Shown here piece after piece: positions 34,538 to 45,441 of a DNA stretch of 64,000 bases. Below the pieces are notes generated by a model, which saw nothing but the letters and a program-made list of their open reading frames with translations, made no database searches and was not told the DNA's origin. This DNA is from an uncultured Planctomycetales bacterium. GTDB lineage: Bacteria; Planctomycetota; Planctomycetia; Pirellulales; Pirellulaceae. The stretch is from assembly GCA_963785495.1 (NCBI GenBank), contig CAWAVP010000025.1, positions 200,311 to 264,310 on the forward strand, written 5' to 3'. The position numbers and the translations under genes were made by a program. How positions within the stretch are numbered: the stretch's first letter is position 1; every line of letters begins with the position of its first letter.

Positions 34538-36239
34538 TCACCGCCCGCGGCCGGGAATCCCTGCAGCTCGCTGCCGGTAGTATTTCCAGCCGGGAAAGAA
34601 GAAACAGGCTGCCGACACAATACCAAACAGCACATGGGAATAATCGTCCCAGCGGGCCATCGGGATGGCGGTCGCAAACAAGGCAACAGCTTGCAGGTAG
34701 AAGGTGCCGGAGAGGATGCCGGCTTTGACCAAGAACACCATTCCGCTGACCAGGGCCAGGATGGGGGACAGCTTCAGTGCCGGCAGATTCAACAGGTACT
34801 CGACTGGAAACAACATGGCAATACAGACCATGCTGGCTGCCCAAATATGCGCGATTTGACGTTCCACAAAGGTGACGGGCCCCATGCGTCTCCGCAGCAC
34901 CAGAAGACGGCGGCCCATGCGCCCAGTCCCGCGGTCCAGAGCAAAAAATAGTGGACGCGTGTTTCGTCGCCAGCCCAATGCATGGCGTTGGTCAAGAAAC
35001 AGATGACCAGCAGGGCCAGACTATGCCACATCCATAGTACGCCCCAGTTCTCCAGGATGTTGGCATGGTGCGTTTCGCGAAACAAGCGCACCACGATTTG
35101 CGAAAACTGACCGCTCCGCGCCGAGATCGGCTCGTCCTTCAAGTACGCTTCCAGATCGCTCGCCAGCGCCGCCGACGAGTCGTACCGCAGATCGGGAGGC
35201 TTCTGTAAACAGCGCAAGGCAATCATTTCCAGGTCACGATCGACCTTGGGAAAGATCATTCGTGGCAACGGCGGATCCTGTTCCAGAACCTGCAAGACGA
35301 CCTCCATCGGCGACGACGCTTGAAACGGAGGACGACCGGTCAACATGTGATAGAGGATCGATCCAAGGCTATACACGTCGCTAGTGATCCCGACTTCGCC
35401 CCGATTGCCGGCGGCCTGTTCCGGCGCCATGTAGGCGGGAGTACCGAGCACAGAACCGGTCCGCGTCAGACTAACCGTATCGGCAACTTGCTTGGCCAAA
35501 CCAAAATCCATGACATGCGGTTGCCCTTGATCATCGATCATGATATTCGATGGTTTGAGGTCGCGGTGCAATACTCCGCGTCGATGCGCAAATCGATCGA
35601 GCGGCAAACAGTCGCCAAAATCCTGGCGATTTCGCGAGGGGTGAGAGGGCCATCGATCAGTTTTTCGGACAGTGTCTGGCCCGCAACGAACTTCATGCTA
35701 AAGAACGCGTGCCCATCGTGCTCACCCACTTCATACACCGGTACGATGTTAGGGTGATCCAGTCGCGCGGCCGCTTCGGCCTCAGCCCGAAAGCGAGCTT
35801 GGTCGGACCGCGACGCCCATTGCCCCCGCAACAGCATCTTAAGGGCCACAGTACGTCCCAAACTCAATTGGCGAGCGCGATACACAACGCCCATTCCACC
35901 GCGGCCAATTTCCTCGACCAATTCGTAATCGCCAAAGCGATAGGGGAGTTCCAAAATCGGAGTGGCTTTCGTATCCGACACCGGATCGACGGTGCTGGCC
36001 GCGTCACTACCCAGTGCATTGGCCAGCATCACGGCCCCCCATAACTCACGCAGCTCGGTCCCCAGCGGCCCCAGTCGTGCCGCCTCTCGCTCGATGTCAA
36101 TCAGCTCGCCGCTCACCGCGCGTTCGGAAAGCTGAGCCAACAGCTGAGCTAGTCGCTCGTCATTCCGCTCCAACGACGCATCCATGGCGGAACCGGGCGG
36201 ACCGGATGATTCGGGATCCGACTTTGCACGAGAATTCAC
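34538..36239 (-). pseudogene. Ser/Thr protein kinase with C-terminal polytopic membrane domain; frame broken twice
   Basis: Fragments 35538..36239, 34789..35607 and 34538..34978. Kinase motifs: [51 protein letters not shown]. The C-terminal ~200 aa hold several TM helices (WGVLWMWHSLALLVICFL.., AASMVCIAMLF.., LALVSGMVFLV..). Junctions at AAA 35590-35592 and CC 34900-34901. The GTG start overlaps the sigma-factor stop (GTGA). Confidence 0.85.
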
Positions 36240-36877
36240 GGCAGAGTGCTTTCGTCCGTTGGTTCGGCCAATAGCTTGCGGAGTTTACGGATCGCCCGCA
36301 GGTAACGCATACTTGCCGCGGGCTCCGTCAGACCCAATGTCTGGGCAACGTCTTGATTGGAAAGCTGTTCGAAGTGTCGCATCAAGACGATTTCGCGATC
36401 ATGCTCTTCCATCGTCCCCAGCGCCGCCTGGAAGCGTCGCTGTAATTCCTGCATGGTCGCTGCCGCCGCCGGCGTCAACTCGGGATCGCACAACTGCGCG
36501 GCCAATTCGATCGTCGAATGATCAAATGCCGCGGGCGCCACCATCGCCTGCTCGCGATCCACGCTCCGTTTTCGGCTGGCCCGATGTCGACGGTGAGCAT
36601 CGATAATGCGGTCTTTCGCCATCTGTCGCAGCCACAGGTGGAATGGCATCACAGGGTCATCCAGGTAGTTTCGAAGACGGCGATTCGCTTCGATCAGGAC
36701 CTCCTGCACAATGTCGCTGGCATCCACACGCTGCTGGATGCGACGATCCAGTCTTAGCTCGATCATACGTCGCAGCGCATTGCGATGGCGATCCAGCAGT
36801 TCCCCAGCTGCCCCGGCCTGGCCTGCTTTGGCATTGTTGATCAATTCCTCGGTCTGCTCGCCTTGCGGCCACATCAT
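36236..36877 (-). CDS. ECF (group IV) RNA polymerase sigma factor, Ser/Thr-kinase-linked type
   Basis: Intact 213-aa ORF. Region 2 ([37 protein letters not shown]) and region 4 ([39 protein letters not shown]). No anti-sigma ORF follows; the next gene is the kinase. Confidence 0.88.
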   Translation of the reverse strand: MMWPQGEQTEELINNAKAGQAGAAGELLDRHRNALRRMIELRLDRRIQQRVDASDIVQEVLIEANRRLRNYLDDPVMPFHLWLRQMAKDRIIDAHRRHRASRKRSVDREQAMVAPAAFDHSTIELAAQLCDPELTPAAAATMQELQRRFQAALGTMEEHDREIVLMRHFEQLSNQDVAQTLGLTEPAASMRYLRAIRKLRKLLAEPTDESTLP

Positions 36878-37065
36878 CGCCTAACCCCGTTCTCATCCCC
36901 ACGCTCACTCCGCACGACTGGCGGTCCCAATTTGCAACTTCCATTATCCGCTACATCCCTAGCGTCAGGCAAGCGCTCGCCCACGACCCGCCATGCGTCG
37001 CTACTTCCCACTGGGAAGAGCGACCGACGGCCGATCGAGGGACATCCGACACAAAACGCTCCAGG

Positions 37066-37135
37066 TAGCCCTCACCCGCTGCTGACCCGCAAGCGAATGC
37101 CCCGCGACGACCTCTCGCGGCGGGAAGGGTGGTTC
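37066..37135. repeat. possible diverged member of the intergenic repeat family (core variant CCCTCACCCGC)
   Basis: CCCTCACCCGC at 37069-37079 with an imperfect inverted partner GCGGGAAGGGTGG at ~37121-37133. It lies between the divergent sigma factor and the PVC giant gene. It is only loosely similar to the other copies. Confidence 0.3.
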
Positions 37136-37273
37136 ATGTGACGGATGCTCAGCACTGCTAGGCTTGGTGACAAACTCCTGTTGCTCTAGGCCGCCCGTTC
37201 GTGGTACGGTCCCGCGACTCGACGGACTCTGGGTCGATCACGAGTATCGCGCGTTTCGCCGACATGAAGGACC

Positions 37274-40200
37274 ATGGCCATGCGGATGCAATCATTATTC
37301 ATCGGTCACACGATCGCACTCGCCGTGCTGACATTGGGCGGGAACCATGCCGGGTTTGCTCAGACTCCTCGCGACGCGTCCGACGTGACGATGGAACACA
37401 CCGACGCCGTTCCCAATTGGATCTGGGCGCCGCAGCATCGAGTAGGCCACGTGCCGCCAACAACCTGTTACTTTCGAAAAACCGTCCAGTTACAAGGTGT
37501 GAAGCAGGCGACGCTCGCAATTGCCGGCGATGACCAATTTGAGTTGCACATCAATGGGCATCTGATCGGCGAGGGCACCTCTGAGCAGGGAGTTCGCACG
37601 TTCAACGTAACCCGTTGGACGCGCGACGGCGAAAATACCATCGCGGTCAAAGTCGTCAATCAAGTGGGGACAACCGCGGGCTTGGCCGCGCGTCTGGTTG
37701 TGGTTAATCGATTGGGACGAACGACCGTTCAGTCGACCGACACCAGTTGGAAGACCTCGCTGTCTCCCACGCTCATGTGGACGCGAAATGCCTATTTCGA
37801 TGCTCGCTGGAAGCCGGCGATCAACTTTGGTCCATTCAGTACGTTTATTGCTAATCAACAAGCCGTTCTGCAGCGTGAAGCGACGGCAAAGGTCGACCAA
37901 CCGGCTGTCGAGCAAACCTCTCAGGACCCCGTGTCCCCGGCATCGCTGAGACCGCTCAAGCACTCACCTCGGGACGACAGCGAATTGACAGCTCCCTCGG
38001 ACTTTGCCGTGGAATGGTTGGCCGGAAACGACGATCTCGGTTCGGTCACTGCGATAACGTTCGACTCGCAGGGACAACCGATCGTTAGTCGAGAAGATGG
38101 TCAACTGTGGATACTTGTCGATCGCGACCACGACAAACAGTGGGACGCGATTCGTGACGGCGGACACGTCATGAAGACATGCCAGGGGCTACTGGCGATG
38201 GACGACAGCATCTATGTGACAGGGCTGGGAGACGCCGGTCTGGGCCTGTATCGACTTCGTGACAGCAGCGGGGATGGACGTTTCGATGAAGCAACGGTGG
38301 TCGTGCCATTTCAAGGCGATAATCTAGAACACGGTCCGCATGGAATTGCATTGGGACCCGACGGTCTGCTCTACGTGATGGTGGGCAACCATAGCCCGCT
38401 AAAATTGCCAGCAAGCGGCGATAGTCCTTATCGCTACAAATACGAAGGCGATCTGTTGCGACCTCGCTATCAGGATCCCGGAGGCCATGCCACAGGTATC
38501 GAGGCCCCAGGCGGTTACCTGCTGCGCACCGACCGCGAAGGTAAGAAAGTTGAAATCGTCGCTGGCGGGTTCCGCAACGCGTACGATTTGGCCTTCAACC
38601 GATCCGGTGCGTTGTTCACTCACGATTCGGACATGGAATCGGATCGAGGTACGACGTGGTATCGACCGACTCGCGTTTACCAAGTTATCGATGGTGCGGA
38701 ATTCGGTTGGCGGAGTGGCTGGGCCAAATGGCCGGATTACTTCTTGGACGCACTACCGGGCATTGCCGACACCGGACGGGGATCTCCAACCGGCATGGTC
38801 GTCTACAATCACAATGCGTTTCCGAAACGCTATCAAAACACGCTGTTCTCGTGTGACTGGTCGGAAGGACGCATCTGGGCGATTCGATACAATGAGCGTG
38901 GGGCAAGTCTGGACGCCAAGACCGAAGTATTCATCAAGGGAACTCCGCTCAACGTCACCGATATTGAAGTCGGTCCCGACGGGGCGTTGTATTTCGCAAC
39001 GGGAGGGCGTGGCACGGCGGGAAACCTCTATCGGGTTGTCTGGAAAGGCGTTTCGTCACAGTCCGACGCCGAATCACCTGAAGAGATTGAGACCGCCCTT
39101 CATCAGCCTCAACTCAACAGCGCATGGGCCGCGCACATCTTGCGGCCGTAAAATCGAAACTGGGCGAGCGTTGGCCGATGCTTCTGGAAACGGCCGCTCG
39201 CGATACGAGTCGACCAGAGGACGAGCGTGCCAAAGCTTTGCAGATCATGCAATGGCTGGGCCCATCACCTGACATCGAGCTGTTGTTGCCATTAGCAGTA
39301 GACCCTCGTCCTGAAGTACGTCGGCAGGCAACTTTGCTGTTGGGCCTGCACAGCGATCCAGCGGCTATGACACGTTTAATCGCGCTGCTGAAATCCAACG
39401 ACTCCGTCGTGCAACGGCTGGCGTGCGAGGGGCTGGCACGACACCATCAGCCCGTCGCCTGGGACGCCCTGTCACCCGTGCTGGCGTCCAAAGATCGGTT
39501 CACCGCGTGGGCCGCCCGGCGCGTTCTGGAGACGACGCCACGCAACGCATGGCAACACGCCGTCCTGACCGACGACAATCCTCGAGTGTTCCTCGTCGGC
39601 GCTACGGCACTTGCACTAGTGGCCACCGATGCGTCTACCGCGCAAACCATTTTGAATCGCAGTCTGCAATTCATGCAAGGATTTTTGAGCGACGCGGACT
39701 TTGTGGACTTGCTAAGACTCCAACAACTAGTGCTATTGCGAGCGGAGTTAGCGCCTGAGGCCGTGCCCGAGTTGCGTAAGGTCTTGGCGGAAGAATTCCC
39801 GTCCAGTAGCGCCACGATCAATCGGGAACTAATCCGCTTGCTGGCCTATCTGCAGGTCGACTGGATTATCGATCGCTACGTTAATGAATTGGAACAGGAT
39901 TGGCCGAGTGAGGACAAACTGCATCTGGCAATGCATTTGACATTCCTCCGTTCTGGTTGGACAACCCCGCAGAAAATGGCGGTGTTTCAATACTTGTCGA
40001 CATCCGGCGAAGACGGAAACAGTGTCCCCGGTTATCTGCAGAATGCGGCTCTGATGCTTGGCAATCAATTCACCGAGCCCGAACTCATACTCGCTTTGCA
40101 GCAGGGCCGGCAAAACCCGGGTTCTGCCCTGGCCGCCTTGTTGCGGTTGCCTCATCAGCTGACGCCCGTGCAATTGGCACACGTGCAGACATTGGATCAG

Positions 40201-41193
40201 CAGCTCAAGGGCGAAGCGGGAGAGTCGATTCGCCGCCTGCGCATCGCCGTCGTGGCCATTCTCGCCCGCGACGGAAGCGAGCCGGCGCAATGCTACTTGC
40301 GCGAAATCTACGACGCCGATCCCACGCGCCGTGTCGAAGTGGCCTTGGGCATGGCCGAGGCGTCGGCCGAAGACAATTGGTCCTATTTGGTTCGAAGCTT
40401 GCCGATTCTGGATCCCGACGACGCCCGTCAGATGCTGGTGACGTTGCGCCAGGTACGACAATGGCCCACCGAAGCCGAACCGTATCGTCAGGTGATTCTG
40501 GTCGCCGAGCGTCTGGAAAATGAGGGCGCGGCGGAGGCGATCGCATTGTTGGAACACTGGCAGGGATTCGCCCACCGGGGCGAAGAGATTCCCTGGCAGG
40601 TCGCGTTGCAGGCGTGGAAAGGTTGGTTCAAGGACAAATACCCGGACCAGCCCGTGCCAGAATTGACAATTTCCGATGGCAATGGCAAATGGGACGAACA
40701 AGGCCTATTAAAACAACTGGGCCGCGCCGAACAAGAAGGATTGGGCTCACCGGACAACGGCAAAGCCGTCTTCGCCAAGGGACAATGTGCCAGTTGCCAC
40801 CGCTTCGCCGGAGAAGGCGAAAGCATGGGTCCCGACTTGACCGGGGTCAGCAAACGTTTTCTGAAGCGAGAGATTCTGGATTCGATGCTCTATCCGTCCA
40901 AGGTGATCTCGGATCAGTACGCGGGCAAGACCGTGTATACGACCGGTGGCAAGGTCTATAGCGGCATCGTCGCCCCCGGTGCGGCTAACGAAATCGTCGT
41001 GCTCCAGTCCAATGGCCAAAAGGCCCGCCTATCGGAGGACGACGTGGATGAAATCGAACCGAGCGGCGTTTCGGCCATGCCCGAAGGCTTACTCGACCGC
41101 CTGACACTCGAAGAAATCGTCGACCTATTCGCTTACCTGATGTCCGACAACGACCGATTGTCCCGGAGCCTCGGCCCGACGACACGCAAGTGA
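37274..41193 (+). pseudogene. PVC-type heme-binding CxxCH protein: membrane-bound-dehydrogenase-like beta-propeller, HEAT repeats, C-terminal cytochrome c domain; frame broken once
   Basis: Fragments 37274..39151 and 39124..41193 join at GGG 39126-39128 (..ALHQPQLNSAW|GRAHLAAVKSKLGE..). There is a signal peptide (MAMRMQSLFIGHTIALAVLTLGG). The propeller part carries ..EHGPHGIALGPDGLLYVMVGNHS..FGWRSGWAKWPDYF..GPDGALYFATGG. The HEAT-like region carries ..RRQATLLLG..VVQRLACEGLA.. The C-terminus is GKAVFAKGQCASCHRFAGEG..MPEGLLDRLTLEEIVDLFAYL. Confidence 0.85.
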
Positions 41194-41207
41194 TCGGCGG
41201 AGATGGC

Positions 41208-44200
41208 CTAGGGTGCGGCGTGCCGAAAGCGCTGATGAATACGGTAAAGTGCTGCGCGGGCTTCAATTTCGCCGGCCAAGTTAAACTGCGACGCCTGACG
41301 AGCTTGCTCGGCCGCCAGCGAGGCCGTCCGCTCCGCTTCGGCAAATCGCCCTATCTCTGCCAGTCCGGCCGCCAGCGTGTCCAACAGCCCCGGGTGTCGC
41401 GAGCGAGTCACCTCCACGGCTCGATTGGCCAGTTTGACCGCCAACGTCCCGTCGCGAACGGCGTCGTCCGGACAAGTTGCTACCAGCCAGGCGAGATTAT
41501 TGAGTGCTGGCAGGCTTTGACCATTTCGCTGCACCGCGGTCATGTACTGCATCTTGGCCCGCTCGTAGTCGCCTCGTTGCTCATACCACTGTCCCATGCT
41601 GATTTCCGGTCCTACTGTATCGGGCTCAATCTTTCGCGCCATTCGGAAATGTACATCCGCTCGATCCGTCGCGCCGCGGCAAAATGCGCCATGCCCAGCC
41701 GGACGACAAGGTCCAAAATGGTAGCTCGGTCGTAAATGCCCTGCGTACGCTGTACAAACTCACTGGCATCGTCAATGAAACCCGCATTGATCATTTCCAT
41801 TACCAGCACGGCCATCGAGAGGGTCGTCGGGTCTTCGGCCCATCGGCCGGCAAAAGGAACAGTCAATGGCCGTCGGTCTCGATCTTTGACACCCAAATTC
41901 GCGAGGTCGCGGTACAGTCGATCCAGCTCCAAAGGACCACGATAGATGGCTGCTAATCGATAATCTTTATCGATAAGGAAACTGGTTGGGACGGGGAACG
42001 GTTTCTGCAAACCAAAGAGGAAATCGTTAACCAATTGCAGTTTATCGAGCAACGCTTCGGTGGCCCGCCCGCTGGCAAACGGAAACTGGAGTCGCTCCAG
42101 CAAGGTCGTTGCGGCCGCGAGATTCGATTGCGATTGGGAAGACAACTGATCAATCGACAGAGCCAGGACCTGCAGACCGTTCGCCTGAAGCTCCGCCCGA
42201 TGCTCAGTGAGTTCATTCAACTCCATGATGCACGGCTGACACCAACTTGCCCACAAAACAACCAAAGTCGGAGTTCCATGAAATGACATGATATCGCGAG
42301 TCGCCTGCTGTCCGTCAATGTATTCCAGCCTTGGCAAAAATGGGCGAATCATTGACGTGACCTGTAGAACGCCAGTCGATTCAGGCAACCGTAGCGGCGA
42401 GATCGCGAGTGGCGGGTGCGTACGATCAGGGAGCAAGTCCGGCGCCAAAGCACCTTCGACCAACCGATAGTGTCGATTTACGCTAAGACCGGCATACGAT
42501 GATCGGCGCCCCGATGGCCACAGCACCTGGACCTCACAGACCTTCGGTGATTTCCCCAGGCCGATGGCGCCACCTTGCTCGATTGGGACATATAGCCATC
42601 ACCGGCTCGAATGGTTCGGACCAAAGGTGCGCGAGGGTCTTCATCGAACGTCACGAAGATGCGGGCCCCGATCGCATCGCGATTAGACTCACGACCTTCC
42701 AATTGCAAACTGATCCAGTTATGCGTCGAAGGCAACTGGTTGATCAGGACGCGATACTGGGGTGCATTGCGATTTGCCAGCCAAAGATCCAGATCGCCGT
42801 CACCATCCCAGTCGACTCGGCCGACTGCCCGGGCATCGTCCGGAAAGTCGATTCCGCTGACGGCTGAGACATCCGCAAATTGTGTTTGCGACGTATTCAA
42901 AAACACGCAATTGCGTTCACGACCACTAAACGATCGCCCGCTGCGAACGAATTGAATTAAACGCCACGCCGGATCGTCACCTGGTTCCTCGACCACAGTT
43001 CCCGAACTGATCGGCCCCCCCTCCGCTCGCGACAGAACCTGCCGCCAGAAAAAACTTCATAAGTCGCCCGTATCATCGCTAGTGATGTAGCCGTTGGCTA
43101 CCACGAAGTCTTCCCAGCCGTCATTATTTAAGTCGGCGAACACAGAACTCCAAGCCCAGCGACCCATTTCGACGTCGGCTTGACCACTGATTTCTTGAAA
43201 TGTCCCATCAGCCTGTTGCGCAAATAGAGTATTTCCCTTGGCCATCCGCTGATAAACAGCACGTTGCTGAGGTGAAGCGTACTGTTGAAACGCTTCTTGC
43301 CGAGTAATGCGACTTCCCGCCGAAGAGAACATGTTGCCGATGTACAAATCCGAACGTCCATCTCGATTGTAATCACCCCAACTAGCCGACATACCAAAGC
43401 CAGTGTCTGACAAGCCCGCCATCGCCGTCACGTCCCGAAAATGGCCGCCCTGGTTTTCGTACAAATAATTGCGTCCATAGTCGTTGGCAACATACAAGTC
43501 CTGATCGCCGTCCTGGTCGTAATCCTCCCACGCAGCCGCGAGCGAATAGCGCGTGGCACCGTCGTCCAAACCGGATTCGAAAGTGGCATCATAAAAATCC
43601 CACTGATCGGCGAACGTATCGTTGCGAAAGAGCACGTTCGGTCCACCGGTGGTTGCGTTGTGAAAAATAAAATCGCCGCGAGAACGGCCATGCGATGGGC
43701 GATAAACACAAAGATATAGATCCAAGTCGCCGTCATTGTCGTAATCGCAACTCGTCAACGCTTGCACGTCAGTGCGTTGCGTGCCAAGTCGAGTACGTAA
43801 CGTAAAATGGGCAGCACCGTCGTTCTCCATGATGAGTAATCCACCGGTCGTCGCAATCGCGAGATCCTGGTCGCCATCGTTATCGAGGTCCAGGAACAAG
43901 TGCGATTGCTGGGTTGGTTCAACCAGTCCACGCCTCCAGCAGCCGCCTTGTCGATGACTGTGCCGTCGACATTGTGAATGAGTAATCGATTGGGCAATCC
44001 GGGCCCTTGGCAACAGTAGACATCGTCCGGACCTGTCGCCGATTTGCATCGCCGATAGCGAGACCATTGCGGACCGAATCGTCCATATGGTGTGCACGTT
44101 CGACTCGTTGCATCCAGTGGTTTAGCCCATAGCCCAATTGTTCGGTACGAAAATGTAAGGGATCGCCGCCCAGCACCGTTTGTGTTCCATCCGCAAACCA

Positions 44201-44947
44201 TCTGCCTCCCACCAACTCAACGTGCACTTCCTCGAAATCTTCGCACGTCACGTCGATGAGTTGAGGATTTCGCAAATCGGAGGCAGCCCAGCGGCATTTC
44301 AGCCTCGCCGTCTGCTGGATTGATCGAGTCTTGTTTGTAGCGTTTGCATCGTACAGCACTACCGTTTCGGCCTGTGGGCCACTCAGATCGACTTGCACGA
44401 CTTTGACGTGACACTGCGGTGGACCGACGTCCTGCAACGGTCGCAGCAATTCCACAAGTGCGGCAAACAAGCTCATTTCATCTCGGTCAGTCGAGCGAGG
44501 TCGCAGGACGCGAGTGGTACCGTCGTCGTAGACCGCGGATAGTTCAGGGCGACATCTTTTGACTTGCTTGTCCGGAACCAAATACTCAACCACTTTGGCT
44601 TCTTCGGGGCGACGGTCCGCAACCAGTACGCTCAATAGCGATTCGAGTCGTTGCTTGGCATCGTCGGCAAATGCTTCGGTCGGCCAACCATCCTGAGTCG
44701 GGTCCAACAGCGCCCGTTCCTGTTGCTGCCGCTGTTGCACGTGGGCCAATGCAGCCGTCGTAATTTGGCTCACGAGCTGCGACTTGGTCTCCGACACCGG
44801 CGCGGGCCGAGCAGAAGGATTCACGGGCAACGAAGTGACATCGCTAGATCCACACCCCGCCATGCCAAACAGGATAGTGAGCGTCGACACCCGACGGCGC
44901 CAGCTCCGACAGGGTAAGTCATTGCGAAGGTCTCGCGCGGAGCGCAA
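41208..44947 (-). pseudogene. CRTAC1-family lipoprotein: FG-GAP/VCBS repeats, UnbV/ASPIC domain, TlpA-like thioredoxin domain, TPR tail; at least 4 frame breaks plus one in-frame TGA
   Basis: Fragments: 43919..44947 (lipobox LTILFGMAGC), the middle of 43755..44201 (..GPDDVYCCQGPGLPNRLLIHNVDGTV..GVDWLNQ), 43057..44097 (repeated DxDxDGDxDL motifs), 42478..42996 (UnbV/ASPIC: ..NRDAIGARIFV..IRAGDGYMSQSS), 41612..42526 (..VQVLWPSGR.., TLVVLWASWCQPC) and 41208..41642 (TPR). Frame junctions at ~44040, ~43927, ~42565-42575 and ~41675. ORFs 43057..44097 and 42478..42996 share one frame and are separated only by TGA 43057-43059. Confidence 0.8.
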
Positions 44948-45441
44948 TGCGAATGAACCGCAAAACGTTGAATTCTTCGATCATCGGATTGACATCGACA
45001 CATTGACGGCGACGCATACCCTCGTTGGTCGCGGAACATTCCGTACTCAAACCGTCTGCCCCCGTTGCTCAGCAACACGAACGCTCGCACCCAAAGCGAA
45101 AGTAGGTAACGAATCGAAAGCGAATGGGAATTCGCCAAGGATCCGTCTTATATTCCCATGAGGAAGTGCGGAAAAAACTTGACCTCTGCGAGTGCCTCGA
45201 TTATAAACCCCAACTCAGGCTAGCGGCACGAAAGACACGATTTTCAGCGAAAGTTGTCGTTAATTGTGACCACGTTGGGGCACGATGTCGAGGTCCAAGT
45301 CGCCTTGATATCATTCGTGGTTTATTCGAGTCGAATGGCATCTCTGCGTCACGGAATCGGAGAATGGCAGCGGATCGCGGTATGTGATTCCACCAGACGT
45401 TGTTTTTGCATCGAAGGTTTTTTTCCATTGAGGAGTCGCTG

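Noticed and set aside
36878-36960. Possible autoregulated ECF promoter (GGGACC .. GCGT) upstream of the sigma-factor gene.
   Set aside because: The spacing and sequence match the generic GGAAC-N16-17-CGT pattern only loosely. Group-specific promoter motifs are needed, so I cannot support this from one sequence.
43057-43059. Explaining the in-frame TGA as use of an alternative genetic code (TGA as Trp or Gly).
   Set aside because: TGA clearly terminates several well-defined genes in this same window (IlvD, gltB, gltD, the sigma factor), so only local recoding, an error or a nonsense mutation remain possible.
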